Under the pieces are notes generated by a model, which was given only the letters and a program-made list of their open reading frames with translations, searched no databases and was not told where the DNA came from. From the NCBI GenBank assembly GCA_951406725.2, contig OX597823.1:108128001-108192000 (forward strand): a DNA stretch of 64,000 nt, read 5' to 3'. How positions within the stretch are numbered: position 1 is the first letter of the stretch; every line of letters begins with the position of its first letter. Made by a program: the position numbers and the translations under genes. This DNA is from Octopus vulgaris (Eukaryota). Below, in pieces: positions 26,869 through 41,433 of the stretch.

Positions 26869-27604
26869 TATATATATATATATATACACACGCTTATATG
26901 TAACAAAGTAGACCATTTACAACAAAAGCATTCAATGCATATACGTTCAGTGTAATTTATATTTTTACAAAGAAAAGTTGATAGTTACTGCAAAATTTTT
27001 CTGGCAGCCGGTTTCATCTGTAAGATTGCAGACATCGGCCACCAGCAAAACTTCAAAGTAACTGTCATATAACACACACACACACATGCATGCACACACA
27101 TACACACACACACACACACACATGTTAGGTGTGTGAGAAGAGTTTAGTCACAACTTCAAAGAATAAAATACATAAAAAGCCAGCATATTTTGCATAAAAT
27201 CTTGTGTCAGTATGTAAATTTCTCAATAAATGTGAGAGAATCTATGTTTATATATTCACACATATACACTCAAGTCTTTACACATATACACACACTCATA
27301 TAAATAGATATGTGTATACACATGTGTATGTATGTATGTAGGCATTGAAAGAAATCTATTTTCTTAAATTCAACTGAATACATTAAACGCCTTTCCATGT
27401 GCCAACACAGCAAGCTATCAATACTATTATACATTTACGCACACAAGAATATCCTTCAAAACTCCTGTCCAATCCTTCCCCCCCTCCTTCCTCCCCCGTC
27501 CCCACATTTTAAAATAACTCTTTATATCATAATTCTTTATTTATTACCACTACTCCCATGCATCTATGCAGTAAATCTATGGATAATTATTCAGTTATAA
27601 GCAT

Positions 27605-27647
<43 letters not shown>

Positions 27648-28194
27648 CATCTAACCAGTTAACATTCCTATTTTTAGGGAGTCACACACACCTTTGAACT
27701 TAAGAAGGAAAAGTGGAAAAACATGGAGAGAAAATTAAAATTACAAAAGCAACAAAGATAAGGAAATTATGTTTTGAAAGTTCTCAGCATATAGAAATTA
27801 TATATTTGAAATAAAAAAGCAAAAATTGACACCAATAACAACAAAGATCGTGATACAGAGATTAGAAGAAGAAAACCAAGATATTTTCTTTTTTATCTCA
27901 GGCTTTAAAAACATTTTGAGAAAATAGTAGAATATAAGTGTGACCTTTTGTAACTAATGGTCGAAACTGATCTCTCTACTCACACCTCTAAATATATTCA
28001 TGTAGAATGCATTACTTATTGAAAGATTTTGATAAAAAAGGGAAAATCTCTTTGTAAATGCAATACAATATACATATTACCTTTCCTTGAGAAGATTTAC
28101 AATTAACAAGGTTTAAGTAACGTCAGTTAGCTGCAATGTGTTACCATGTACAAAAGAGTATATATTACTAATCTACAGTTTCGTACTTTATGAC

Positions 28195-28365
28195 TGCCGT
28201 TACGTTCTGAGTTCAAATTCCGCCGAGGTCGACTTTGCCTTTCATCCTTTCGGGGTCGATAAATTAAGTACCAGTTACACACTGGGGTCGATATAATCGA
28301 CTTAATTCGTTTGTCTTTCCTTGTTTGTCCCCTCTGTGTTTATCCCCTTGTGGGTAGTAAAGAAA
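28195..28365 (+). mobile_element. SINE family B, 5'-truncated
   Basis: Body motif match to the other family B copies. Confidence 0.85.
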
Positions 28366-29567
28366 CAAACTTATAAGAAAATAATGATACTTTTGTATAT
28401 TTGTTCACTTTAACTGGTCCCTTTAGATCTTGTTAAATGTGTGTAATTGATACACATGTACACAGGTGTGATTGTATGCACCTACCACTGTCACTTAACA
28501 CAATTTGTTCTTAAACATCACCATCTTTATTATTACTCATTGCTAATCCACCATGCTCCTCATAACCTCCCATATTCAATCACTGTCTCATCAATCAACA
28601 TGTAGTTGACTATCACTGTCTCCCTTCCATTACTCCCTTCCTTGCAATTCTCCAACTCCTACCATTCTTTCTGCTATCACATTCTTGATCATCAATCTCT
28701 TTTCTATTTATACCTTGATCACATTTTCAGAATTGTTGTAGCTACTCAGGGAACAAATCAAATACCCTATAACTGATGCCATGACAAATACCCTATGTAA
28801 AAGTGTAAAACGGACAAAAGAACAAAAAGAGGATTCTTTAATCTTGAGGAAGACATGACTATATCTCTAGCGCTGGTGCCAATTTAAAATTAAAATGCAT
28901 CCAGTATAACCTGTAAAGCAGCTGGCACTAGGAAGGGTATCATACCACTGAAATCTTGTGGAAAATCATAGGTACAAATGAGCTATGATCCATCAACCCG
29001 TCGAGAATGCAGTATCCCCAAGTAAGTACCAACCATCAATAACACTATGTCTATCTAGATAGAAAAATACATATCTAGATAGACAACTGACCACACATGC
29101 AATATCATTTGATCCGCTCTAGACATGGAAAGGATATTGCTGTACTCTATCCCTGAATGAACTTTACGTCTAGGCTTCGTTGTCAGTTAAACTTAATTGA
29201 GGAAATGTTTATGTTGCAATGAGATCCCAGTGGCTGAAATTTCAGGTCCAAGCTATTAAATGTTTGTAAACATGCAATATGGTATCTTTTGGTTTACTAT
29301 AAACGCCCTTTCAAACAATATGCAATTTTTTTACTTTCAGCTTGATAAAAATTTGTGAGGCAACTTTGAGCATCCTTAAACTCTTTTTTAAAGAGCTTTC
29401 TCTGTTTTAAACTCTCTCACAGACCTCTCCACATAATGTGCTTCTGCTTTAAATGCATCTCTTGGCAATATTCCCACTTCATGATCTAAGGAACATTTCT
29501 CATCGATTACATGTCCCCACAAAACAAACTAAGGACAAATCATGACCAAGGCTTGCAAAATACAGGA

Positions 29568-29928
29568 AAATAACGATTCTCTTCAGTGCCCTATCAAATA
29601 ACGATTCTCTTCAGTGCCCTATCAAATAATGATTCTATTCAGTGCCCTATCAAATAACGATTCTCTTCAGTGCCCTATCAAATAATGATTCTATTCAGTG
29701 CCCTATCAAATAATGATTCTATTCAGTGCCCTATCAAATAACGATTCTATTCAGTACCCTATCAAATAACCATTCTCTTCAGTACCCTATCAAATAATGA
29801 TTCTCCTCAGTGCCCTATCAAATAGCGATTCTATTCAGTGCCCTATCAAATAAGGATTCTATTCAGTGCCCTTTCAAATAACGATTCTATTCAGTTCCCT
29901 ATCAAATAACGATTCCCTTCATTGCCCT
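29568..29928. repeat. 28-bp minisatellite, about 13 copies
   Basis: Unit aaataacgattctmttcagtgccctatc, strictly phased, with no spacers. Confidence 0.95.
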
Positions 29929-30437
29929 TGCTTTCCATTTTTACTTGCTATTATCATTTCTTCTTGTCATGAATTTCTCTGCTTTATGATCTGAAATCTA
30001 AGATCTTCTCTATCCTGATGGAGGTTCGATTTATTCAATATTGATTACTTCCATTACGACCGCATATTGTGATGAACTACATCTGTCAACAGTATGATAG
30101 ATCTCTAAGCCCCTAGAAACAGCTGTTGGACTTAAAACACTTTTCTTCCCCACCTTTAATTTTCTCTGTTGCTTGTACTCTGTGTAAGCTGGATCTATTA
30201 ATATAAATATCCATACATTTATACTTAAATATTCATCATCTGAAAGTCTCCACCTTTTAGTTTCTCTTGTCTTGCATGTATACATATATACATATATACA
30301 TAAGAGATCCCTCTTATAGCCATTCTTTACCCCATGGAATTGGCCCCTTTAAAGACATCAGAGTCTCAATTTCAATCATTTGAGCACTATAGAGTGTCTT
30401 CTATCCTGAGAATCTCTGATTCTCATTTGTGGACTAC

Positions 30438-30504
<67 letters not shown>

Positions 30505-31389
30505 TATAAATGGTGTCACATAATAAAGCACCTGTGTTAGTGTGATGTAAAGAGCATCCATGCTGGTGTAGCATAAAACCCACCTGTGCTGATGCCATGT
30601 AAAAAAGCACCCAATACACTCTCTATAGTGGTTGGCATTGAGAAGGGCATCCAACCATTGAAATTTTGCCAAAACAGACAACTGAAGCCCAGTGTTGCTC
30701 TCTGGCTTACCAGCTCCAGCCAAACATGGAAAATGGAGTTAAATGATGATGATGATGGAATATATATCATAATCACTATTTTACATTCTCCTTCTGTGTT
30801 GGCACGGATTTTACTGTGCAACTGGAACCAGTGAGACGGAGATTGGTGTCATATTCCAGTGTCTCAGTTTTGGCATAATTTTAAAGCTGGATGTCTTTTG
30901 TTATGGCACCAGCCCTGGAGTGGTTACCTTGCAACTTGCAGGACTAAAAGACCTCAACACACTGACAGAGACAACAGGAGAATGGACAGTGGCTTTAAAT
31001 GAGGCATTGATAAGATAAAGTACAATGGCAGGGACAGGGTTTTTGATGTGAGAGAGTATCAGTTGCAGAGAGATTAACAGAGACAGTCTTAGGGAAGGGA
31101 GTAATGTATATACGGCACAGCATGAGAGTACACCTGTTGATGCAAGTCTAACGAAGCCCTGCTCTACTGTAGAAAGCTAAAAATATTACATAACTTTTCA
31201 CAGGAAACATTTGCATGTAACGACACTAAAAACAGAAGGATACTGAAATAATCAGCACAACTGGTTATTAAAGTTGTGATAAACTCTTTCTTTGTCTCCT
31301 TATTTGGATTGTGTGTGTGTTTGTGTATGTGTGTGTGTGTGTGTATGTATATGTATATACATAGGTACATATATATGTATGTATATATC

Positions 31390-31420
<31 letters not shown>

Positions 31421-32056
31421 GTATAAGTGTATGCGTACACACATACATACATAAGTATATATACATATATACATATACACACACACAGACACTCACACAC
31501 ACACACACATGCAGCGTGTCACAAAAAGGGGCCGATACACACTACACACCTTTATTAATAAATCTGTTTTCAGTGTTCTTTTTGAGAGTTACTCATTATT
31601 TCCTAATGCTTGGCTATGATAACAACAACACCAATAACAGTAGCAACAACAACAACAATAATGGCATTGATGATGATTATACCCATAATAATAATAATAA
31701 CCATCATCATCATCATCATCATCATCATTGCTATCGTTGTGATATTGAGCACCAGTTTCTCCCTCTGCAGTGGTAATAAACTAACGAAACAATGAGACAG
31801 CTGAACATTCATAAATGATGCATCTCTGATATAGATTTAATTTAGTAGTCACTTGCTTTTGTTTATTTATTTTGTCTGTTTTGTTTGTGTGATTGTAAAT
31901 GAGCTGTTTTGTTGGTTTGTTGTTTGTGATAAATTGGTCTACAGCTCTTGCTGGGCAGATGTAGTGACTGAAGAGGACGTTAGAGAGAGAAGAGGAAACA
32001 TTGGTGGTGGTGGTGGTGGTGGTGGTGTAGGGTGGTAAGAGAAAGAATGGTCATAG

Positions 32057-32089
<33 letters not shown>

Positions 32090-32339
32090 AGCATACAAAG
32101 GCAGATAGGTATAGAAAAATATTAACATCTACACATTCACACACAAACAAAAACACACACACACACAAATATATAATTAGACATTCATGTGTAACTATAT
32201 ATTTAGAATGAGTGACACCCATACATATGGAACAATAACATACATACATACATATATATATATATGTATGTACATATACATATATATATACATACATATA
32301 TATACACACACACACATATATATATATATATACACACGT

Positions 32340-32378
<39 letters not shown>

Positions 32379-32672
32379 CATATATATGTGTGTGTGTGTA
32401 TGTATGTATGTATATATATATTTGCGAGTATATTAATAGCTACAATACTAAACACAACCATAGGAACTTCAGAAGCCTGAAGGATCTATTTTCATTGAAC
32501 ATAGATATGACTGCCAAAAAAGTGATGTATATACACACACATGCACACACTCTCACTTACACACACACACACACATGCATACATACATACATACATACAT
32601 ATATATTCATCCATTCATACACACACATATATTTCTAATATCTATATCTATATCTATCTATTTATCTATATC

Positions 32673-32744
<72 letters not shown>

Positions 32745-33064
32745 AGTAGATAAATCTTTTAATCTTTTACTTGCTTCTATGAAACACTTGTCATGGGTTT
32801 TGCATATATTTTTCTTAATGATTTTTGTTACAAAAGGAGCTCCCATAATTTCTAAATGACCCCTCTTGTTTTTAAAGGGGATTTTTAAAAAATGCTTACC
32901 AATTTTCTATTCCTGTATAAAATGCATTGATTATGTTTTGTGCATTGGAGAGAAATCTGAGATGCTCTGGAAACAGTGAGAAAAGTTGTTCTCTTTGGTG
33001 CCTTGCTATGTAACTATCCAACACTCTGTGTGCATATATGGGTATACATATACAGAAGACCCTT

Positions 33065-33470
33065 AGTTTAGTCTAGTGGTGTGCGGATTGTGATCGTAAG
33101 GCTGTGAGTTCAATATCTGGTAGTATCTGTTTTCAGTGTTCTTTTTGAGAGTTACTCATTATTTCCTAATGCTTGGCTATGATAACAACAGCACCAACAA
33201 CAGTAGCAACAAGAACAACAGCAACAGAAAAATACAAGTTATTTCTCATTGCTCTAGTTTGCTCAGCTAGAAAAATGAGTTGGACCTGAAGTTCAATGGA
33301 GCAGCCTTCTCACATTCGATGTGTCACGCTGAATCACCCTGAGAAACTACATTAAGGGTATGCATGTCTGTGGAGTGCTCAACCACTTGCACATTGATTT
33401 CATGAGCAGGCTGTTCTGTTGATTGGATCAACTAGAAAACTCATCACCATAACTGACAGAGAGCCAGGTC
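33065..33470 (+). mobile_element. SINE family C, diverged and interrupted by a ~97-bp local insert
   Basis: Homologous to 41549-41870 (gtgtcacgctgaatc, gtctgtggagtg, gagcaggctgtt). Confidence 0.75.
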
Positions 33471-34108
33471 ATACATATACGAATATAATGTGTATGAGAA
33501 GTATATACCCTGTACATGTACCTTTGAGTCAGAGTTGATAATGAAACTGAAAGTGAATTATGAAATAGTTGTAACTATTCAGAATGAAATCTTATTTTGC
33601 CTCTCACTTCGCCTGGATTTTAATTAATTATTATTATACATTCCACATAAATGTTTCCTGGACTCTCAAGCATGTTGTTACATTAAATTATATCCTGAAT
33701 CTAATTACTGTGTTATATGGTTTCTACAGCTGGATGCGCTTCCTCCAACCACTTCCCAAGTGTACTAGGTGCTTATTTTGTGGCACCAGCATTAGTGAGG
33801 TCACCATGCAGCCTTCAGGACTAAGATCCACTTTGACAGAGTGGGCTATGGTAGGGAAGGAGGTGGTTTTATGCTATCAGATGAAGTATGTGTATGTCGT
33901 ATGTGTGTGTATACACATACACACACACACATACATATATGCATGTTTGCATGTGTGTGTCTGTGTGAATGCTTGAATGTGTAAGACTTCTCTCAGTTTC
34001 TATCTGCCAAGATACACTCACCACATTTTGGTCAACCCTGGGCCACAGTTGGAGACATCGAAAGAGCAGTTGAACTGCTAGTGAAACAACAGTTTTGAGA
34101 AACAAACT

Positions 34109-34340
34109 TATTTCTTTATTACCCACAAGGGGCTAAACACAGAGGGGACAAACAAGGACAGACATAGGTATTAAGTCGATTACATCGACCCCAGTGCGTA
34201 ACTGGTACTTAATTTATCGATCCCGAAAGGATGAAAGGCAAAGTCGACCTCGGCGGAATTTGAACTCACAACGTAACGGCAGCCGAAATACCGCTAAGCA
34301 TTTCGCCCAACGTGCTAACGTGTCTGCCAGCTCGCCGCCT
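34109..34340 (-). mobile_element. SINE family B, full length with a 17-bp TSD
   Basis: TSD gttttgagaaacaaact at 34092-34108 and 34349-34365. Confidence 0.92.
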
Positions 34341-34739
34341 TACGGTTTGTTTTGAGAAACAAACTGCTTAGGTACACAAGCAGGTGTGTGAAGTTGTTGG
34401 CATGCTGGGCAAATGCTGCTGAGCATTTCGTCTGTCTTTATGTTCTGAGTCCAAATTCCACTGAGGCTGAATTTGGCTTTCAACTTTATGGGAGTTGATC
34501 AAATAAATACCAGCTGAACACTGGCATCAATGTAATTGATTTAGCCCTAAAATTGCTGGCCTTGTGCCAATATTTGAAGACAATATATATATATATGTGC
34601 GTATATATATATATAAATATATATATATAACCATTAATGGTAGGAACTTCTATAAATGGTTAATGGTTATATTTACATGCCAAAATCTACCAGTAAATAA
34701 GTGTTGGATTTTTAAAAACCATTAAAGCTATCATTTACT

Positions 34740-34774
<35 letters not shown>

Positions 34775-34843
34775 TAATATAGGATAAAATATTTTCAGAA
34801 AAAAAATTTCATCACAAGTGGCAGCATATTAAAATACCTTTAA

Positions 34844-35064
34844 CCCTTTCGTTACCAACCCAGCCAAAACCGGCTCTGGCTCAGTAGTATAAATGTCTTG
34901 TTTTCATTAGTTTTCCATTAAAATTTACCACCAAACCTTAGTCACAATTTATGTTCCTAACACTAGCTTAATGATAACTAAGTTATTTTACTAAATTCAT
35001 TGTTATATTTAAAACAATTGAAAGAAATTTTGAGCATCTCAACATAAATACAGTAACAAAAGGG
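34844..35064. mobile_element. piggyBac-type MITE (221 bp)
   Basis: TTAA on both sides (34840-34843 and 35065-35068); TIRs ccctttcgttac / gtaacaaaaggg. Confidence 0.85.
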
Positions 35065-35384
35065 TTAAAGGTTAAAATTATAAACAACTTATAAACAAGG
35101 GCAAAAGAAAAATTATTTCTATGCCAATATGCTGATAACAGACTTTAAATCATCAATTTCTATATTTCATTATACATTCACTATAAATACTATTTATAGT
35201 GAATGTGTATATATATATATTATTTACATATATATGTATACATATAACTATATATATATATATATACATACATACACACACACACATACATATATGTATA
35301 TATGTGTGAGTGTGTGTATATATATATTTATACACACACACACATCTATCCGTCTACCTATCTATCAATGAATCTATCTATCTG

Positions 35385-35467
<83 letters not shown>

Positions 35468-35472
35468 GTCTG

Positions 35473-35528
<56 letters not shown>

Positions 35529-35542
35529 GCTAGCTAGCTATC

Positions 35543-36362
35543 CGTATCCAAATATCATTCAAGATAGATAAGCAATTCATTGCAGCATTAAATAGATGCT
35601 TCCCTAAAATATAAATGCTACCGTTTATTCAACAAGCACACAGTGAAAATATTATGCGTAACATCTTACAACATGGAGTACTACATACATAAACACAACA
35701 ACAGGAAATTAGACATACAGACATCATCTGCTGGCAGAGGGCAAACAAATCAAGACATCACAGGATTTAAGGCCAATAACAAAAATAAACAACAGATATA
35801 CTGCAAAAACTCAGATAACGTAAAAGACGGTGGCAATAAAATTTAAATGAATCATCAAAAAAGATCCAACGAAAAAGATTGCTGATTCCACAATGCTTTA
35901 GACACTAACAATCAAATAGAACATCATGAAAACAGAATCAAAAGGCTACCAGATAAACATAAAAATAATTATAGTATAAATAACTGCACATGCAATAGAA
36001 AATCTGCTTGTCCACTCATGAACCAATGTGTCCAAAAAAACATAGTATACAAATGCACAATCTCCACATCCCAACATAAATATGTGAGCATAGGTGCCAT
36101 GGCAAACCAATTCAAAGACTGTTATCATAACCACATCTCATCATTCCAAAAAAATAAACAGACGACATGCAACTTCACCGACAAACCTCTCATTGGACTG
36201 AAAGAATCAAAAATTAAATACGAAATAAAATGGTCAATAATAAAAAATGCACACCCATATAATTCGCTCTCTGACAAATGTGACCTTTGCCTTGAGGAAG
36301 CATTAAGTTTATTGCTGAGTGATGAGAACCTGGTAAACAAGCATGATGAGAAAATTCCAACA
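35543..36362 (+). mobile_element. Degraded Penelope-like element GIY-YIG region
   Basis: NIVYKCTI..YVSIGAMANQFKDCYHNHISSF..KYEIKWSIIKNAHPY..CDLCLEE..LVNK. Confidence 0.85.
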
Positions 36363-37229
36363 TGTTGTCTGACAGCCATGATTAGGTTTTCCTGCTTGTA
36401 TGGCATCAGGGAGAGTCCTGTTGCCAGACATAGTGTCTTCCAGCACTCACCCTCTTGACTCAGGGCAGCACTACCTCCTCCAGGCACTAGATGAGGGCCT
36501 CCTTGTTGAGTCTGAGGCCAGGTGGGAAGATGAATGAAGGCATAACATCGCCATCACTAGTGATCACTTCAAACACTATGATGTTGACTATATGTTTGAG
36601 TTTTGTCACTCTTGGTACATGTTTTGGGGACACAGCAAGCCAACGGTTGTTCTGTGTGTTCACCATCTGATCCTGGCAGGAATTTTTCTCGTCTGAGAAA
36701 ATCCAAAGCATGTTCAGTTGGAGGGGATTCTTGAGTTTGTTCAAAAGCTTTGTAGCATGGTCTTTCCTCTTGTCCTTGGTGGCTTGGGATGAAAATTGGC
36801 CCTTTCTCGTCTTGTATGAGGAATACTGAATCTCTTCGTGCACTACCTGACTGATAAGAAACTCAGACACTCTGATGTCCCTGGCAATGGACCTGATTGA
36901 CTTGGTGGGATCGTTTTCAATCATGGCCTTGTTCTCACCAACAAATTCAGGAGTTCTTTTCTTATCAGAAGGATCAGAGTGGGTTTCCTGAGCTGCCATA
37001 CCTTCATAGTCACCATTAGACTCATCCATCTCTTTCCGAATCCTTTGCACTGTCCTCAGATTGACACCCAAACAGTCAGTAGAGAGAATTGCATCATGGT
37101 ACTGCTCTTATCACAGACAGTGCCCATCTGACCCTACTATACTGTGTAGTCAACAAAATATAAAATAAAAAAATGCATATGCACAAAATTAAAAATAGAA
37201 AATGGCGATAATTTACCCATCGCACCCTG
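36363..37229 (-). mobile_element. Tc1/mariner-superfamily (maT/DD37D-like) transposon, 3'-truncated
   Basis: End TA|CAGGGTGCG. ORF 36487..37071 has an HTH-like SIRSIARDI segment and FSDEKN..N.QN.RW; downstream YVWQQDS carries the second Asp. Confidence 0.87.
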
Positions 37230-37253
37230 TATATATATATATGTATGTATATG

Positions 37254-37291
<38 letters not shown>

Positions 37292-38155
37292 CATATATAT
37301 ACATATACATACATATATATATATATATATGTATACATTAATACATATATATACTTATAAACATACATCTGTGTATGAGTGTCTGTGTCTGTGTATGTGG
37401 ATACAAATATATGTATGCATGCATACTTGCATACAAACACACACATACACATTCATATGTATATATACACACATATACATGCATGCACACATACATATCT
37501 GTGCAGTTTTGAACTTGCAATGCTTCAATCAAAGCTTGTAGTTCACATTGAAACTGACTGACATATGTGTTGTAGCTTATGTCACGAATTGTCCACTGTT
37601 TAACCTTGAGAATTCAGACGTCTCAAAGAATGAACAAAAGCAATTTAAATGACATTCTTGAAATTCATTCCGTTACCTGAGAGTAAAAGAAGGATTTGTG
37701 TTGAGCAGTGTGGGTGGTGGAGGTGTGCAGGTGCAGTAAAAGAACATTTTTGTTCCATATTTGATTCAACCAATTTATTGTATAAATTTTAACAATGGAC
37801 ATTCTTGTTACTTTCGTTGGACATATTGAAATAAATATTCATGTTTACATACTTATAGGGCACAGCCTATTGATAAATAAATGCAAACTATATACTTATG
37901 CATATATTAAGGAAGAGTCAAAAACATTCGTGTGCAGACACACATATAAGCATGTACACACAAGCACAGACACACGCACACACACACACACATGCACATA
38001 CATATTTGTAAGTATACAGGTATTTTTATATACCTGTAAAATATACATTTTCATACCAACACATACACATGCATGTACACACATACAGATACATATTTAT
38101 ATACATACACATACATTTATATATATGTGTGTATGTATATATGTATATATGTATA

Positions 38156-38208
<53 letters not shown>

Positions 38209-38773
38209 ATAAACTCTTACAAACTCGACACACATTTGTTCCAAATACTTACATTTAGAACTGCATGCTTTATCATTCACATGCAAACACAGATATGCAT
38301 AATAGCTTATGTATACATTCAATTTAATCTCTACACCATATATATAATTTTCTTATGCTCACACACACACACACACACACACACACGCGCGCGTGCACAC
38401 ATACATAGATTTATTCATATATTAGCTATTATTAAGCTATGACAGTAGAATGGTTTGTTTGTGATATAGAGAAAAGTTCATGATGTTTTAATCTCTGCAA
38501 CAAAAGTTCAATTCTTACTCTTGCTCAAAGAGTAATGGGTGTATATCTTCATGTTTTAAGTGCACAAACATGGCCATTCGGATATGGTACTAGGCTACTG
38601 TTATGTGCATCTTGCATTCAAATGCATTGCTACTGTACTTTGTTGAATATTTGGTTAAGCAACTAAACCTATCTTGCTCTCAAGGGAACAGGAACCTGAT
38701 CATGTGGTAATGTTACTTTTGTTACTCCACACACATAAACCACACACACCTATACATATGTACACACACACAC

Positions 38774-39304
38774 AGGTGCAGGCATGGCTACATGGTTAAG
38801 GAGTTTGCTTCACAACCATGTAGTTCTGAGTTTTGTCTCACTGTGTGGCACCTTCAGCAAGTCCTTTCTACTATCACCCTGGGCCAACAAAAGCCTGGCA
38901 GAATCGTTAGCATGCCGGGTGAAATGCTTAGCAGTATTTTGTCTACCGTTACGTTCTGAGTTCAAATTCCGTCGAGGTCCACTTTGCCGTTCATCCTTTC
39001 GGAGTTGATTAAATAAGTACCAGTTACGCACTGGGGTTGATATAATCGACTTAATCCGTGTGTCTGTCCTTGTTTGTCCCCTCTGTGTTTAGCCCCCTTG
39101 TGGGTAGTAAAGAAATAGGTATTTCATCTGCCGCTATGCTCTGAGTTCGAATTCCGCTGAGGTCGACTTTGCCTTTCATCCTTTCAGAGTTGATTAAATA
39201 AGTACCAGTTACGCACTGGGGTCGATATAATCGACTTAATCCATTTGTCTGTCCTTGTTTGTCCCCCTCTGTGTTTAGCCTCTTGTGGGCAGTAAAGAAA
39301 TAGG
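38774..39304 (+). mobile_element. SINE A head followed by a SINE B dimer
   Basis: Family A head at 38774-38895, then a B head and two bodies joined at agaaatag|gtatttc (39119). Confidence 0.85.
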
Positions 39305-39653
39305 TAGGGATCAGATAGTGTAGTAATGTTGTATTAATGGTGTAACAGTGTTGTAAGAATATTGTAGCTGCGTTATGGAAAAGTCAATGTCCAACATATC
39401 TGAACACTGCTTTTGCCAAAAGTAATGTTCAATGTTGAGATGTGTTGTACTTCTGTTGAGTACCAGGTACCAGTGCCTTCTTCCCCCTGCTGTTTATAAA
39501 TTGAGTTGCCACTGCATCAGCCGAAAGAGGCTGTGCACTGTATGTATGGCTAAAATATGAGTGAAGGCATCATGCATTATATATACTAAGTGGTACTCAC
39601 ATGTGAGCGGTTGCTTAATTGTTACTAGTTGAGAATACACACACACAATATAT

Positions 39654-39726
39654 GGGCATATGGCGTAGTGGTTAAGAGCGAGGGCTACTAACCCCAAGAT
39701 TCTGAGTTTGATTCCAGGCAGTGACC
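39654..39726 (+). other. tRNA-derived Pol III head (not a functional tRNA)
   Basis: A box tggcgtagtgg (39661-39671), anticodon-like arm ggg-ctactaa-ccc, B-box-like gagtttgattcc (39704-39715); acceptor stem is poor. Confidence 0.7.
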
Positions 39727-39792
39727 AGAATAATAATAATATTAATAATAATAATAATAATAATGATGATAATAATAATAATAATAATGATG

Positions 39793-39828
<36 letters not shown>

Positions 39829-39830
<2 letters not shown>

Positions 39831-41315
39831 CACACTAGATAAAACCAATGAAATAAAAGAATTAGACCAAAGCCAAACTTACAAATACTTAGGAATCCAT
39901 GAACTAGATAAGACACAACACACACAAATGAAAGAGAAAATAAAAAAAGAATATTATAGACGAGTTAGATCAATACTAAAAACAGAGCTCAATGCTAAAA
40001 ACAAGATAATAGGTATTAACACTTTAGCTGTCCCAGTTATAAGTTACAGCTACAATATCCTTAACTTGACACTAAATGAACTGACCAAAATAGATAGGAA
40101 AACAAGAAAAATAATGACAGGGTCTAGGATGCATCACCCAAAATCTGACATAGAAAGACTATATATACAATGTATAGAAGGTGGTAGAGGCCTTATACAG
40201 CTGGAAAACTACTATAAAATAACCACCATAGGACTGCAAAAATATCTACTTCAGAAGGTAGGAAAACTGATACAAATAGCGGCAAAACACGAGCAAAACA
40301 AAAACTGTTCTCAGTATTTAAGGAAGCTGACAAATACAAACAAGAAATCATACCACCTAACAAATATAAAGAAGAAGAAGAAGAAGATGAAGAAACAACA
40401 ACAGCTATAAAACAAATGAAATCCAAACTAAAACTAGAACAGCAAAGAACCATGATAAAACGAGGGCAAAAACCCCCCTCCACGGTAAATACTGGACTAA
40501 ACTAAATGCAAAAGAAATAGACAAAGAAAAATCCCAGCAATGGTTGAGAAGCTCAGCACTCAAAGCAGAGACAGAGGGATTTTTAATTGCAGCACAAGAC
40601 CAAAGCCTCCCCAAAAACATGTAATGAAAAGAAATATAACAAGTAACTGCAGAATATGTGGAGATGGACAAGAAACAATAAATCATATTATCTCTGGCTG
40701 CCCAGTCCTGGCTAAGAAGGAATATATTCACAGACATGACAGAGTTGGAAACTACATACACTGGAAGCTATGCCAACATTATGGAATAACAACAGAAAAA
40801 AGATGGTATAGGCACACACCAGAAAAGGTCACAGAAAATGAGAAAGCAACCATACTCTGGGATATGCCGATACACACAGATAGAGAAATTAAGGCCAACA
40901 GACCAGATATAGTTGTCAGAGATCATGAAGGAAAAAAATGCTTTCTAATTGATGTATCAATACCGGCAGATGACAATGTGTCTCTAAAAGAAATGGAGAA
41001 ACTTTGAAAATACAAAGACCTGGAAATAGAGGTAACCAGAATGTGGAATCTGAAAACAGAAACAATTCCTATCATAGTAGGTGCATTAGGCATGATAAAA
41101 AAATATTCAAACAAATACATGACAAAAACACCAGGACTTACAAACACATATAACATACAGAAAATTTCACTACTAGGCACTGCACACATCCTACGCAGAA
41201 CACTTTCCATACAATAACCATCAGAGCATCACAACAAATCACAGCACATACCCAAGGCACACAGAGCTGCTCTCGGTAGTGAAGTGAAAGCACGCTATAA
41301 AAAATAAAACTACTG
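39829..41315 (+). mobile_element. 5'-truncated R4/Dong-clade LINE inserted in (TAA)n
   Basis: YKYLG, GGRGL, CCHC knuckle CRICGDGQETINHIISGC, RHD, and RLE motif RPDIVV..IDVSIP. Several frameshifts and a stop; (AAT)n on both flanks. Confidence 0.93.
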
Positions 41316-41387
41316 AATGATAATAATAATGACAACAACATCGAAAAATACCTTAGGAATGAGAACCCAGGTTCGACATTTCCCCAA

Positions 41388-41433
41388 GACACCTGATGAA
41401 GGCTGGAGGGTATATCAGCCGAAACGTTGTGTT
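41388..41433 (+). ncRNA. Minimal type I hammerhead ribozyme, canonical core
   Basis: Stem I GACAC/GUGUU; CUGAUGA plus A; stem II GGCUG/CAGCC; GAAAC; loopless palindromic stem III AC/GU; predicted cut after GUU at 41428. Confidence 0.8.

Noticed and set aside
29568-29928. CRISPR-like array
   Set aside because: Repeats are contiguous with no unique spacers, there are no cas genes, and the context is eukaryotic.
30068-30130. Hammerhead remnant (gtgatga...gaaacagctgtt); a similar half motif gaaacagctgta lies at about 42671
   Set aside because: The core is mutated or missing and no stem I forms; possibly fossils, but not supportable.
39654-39726. Functional tRNA gene with an ACT anticodon
   Set aside because: Acceptor and T stems pair poorly, and it runs into (AAT)n within a repeat; treated as a SINE-like head.
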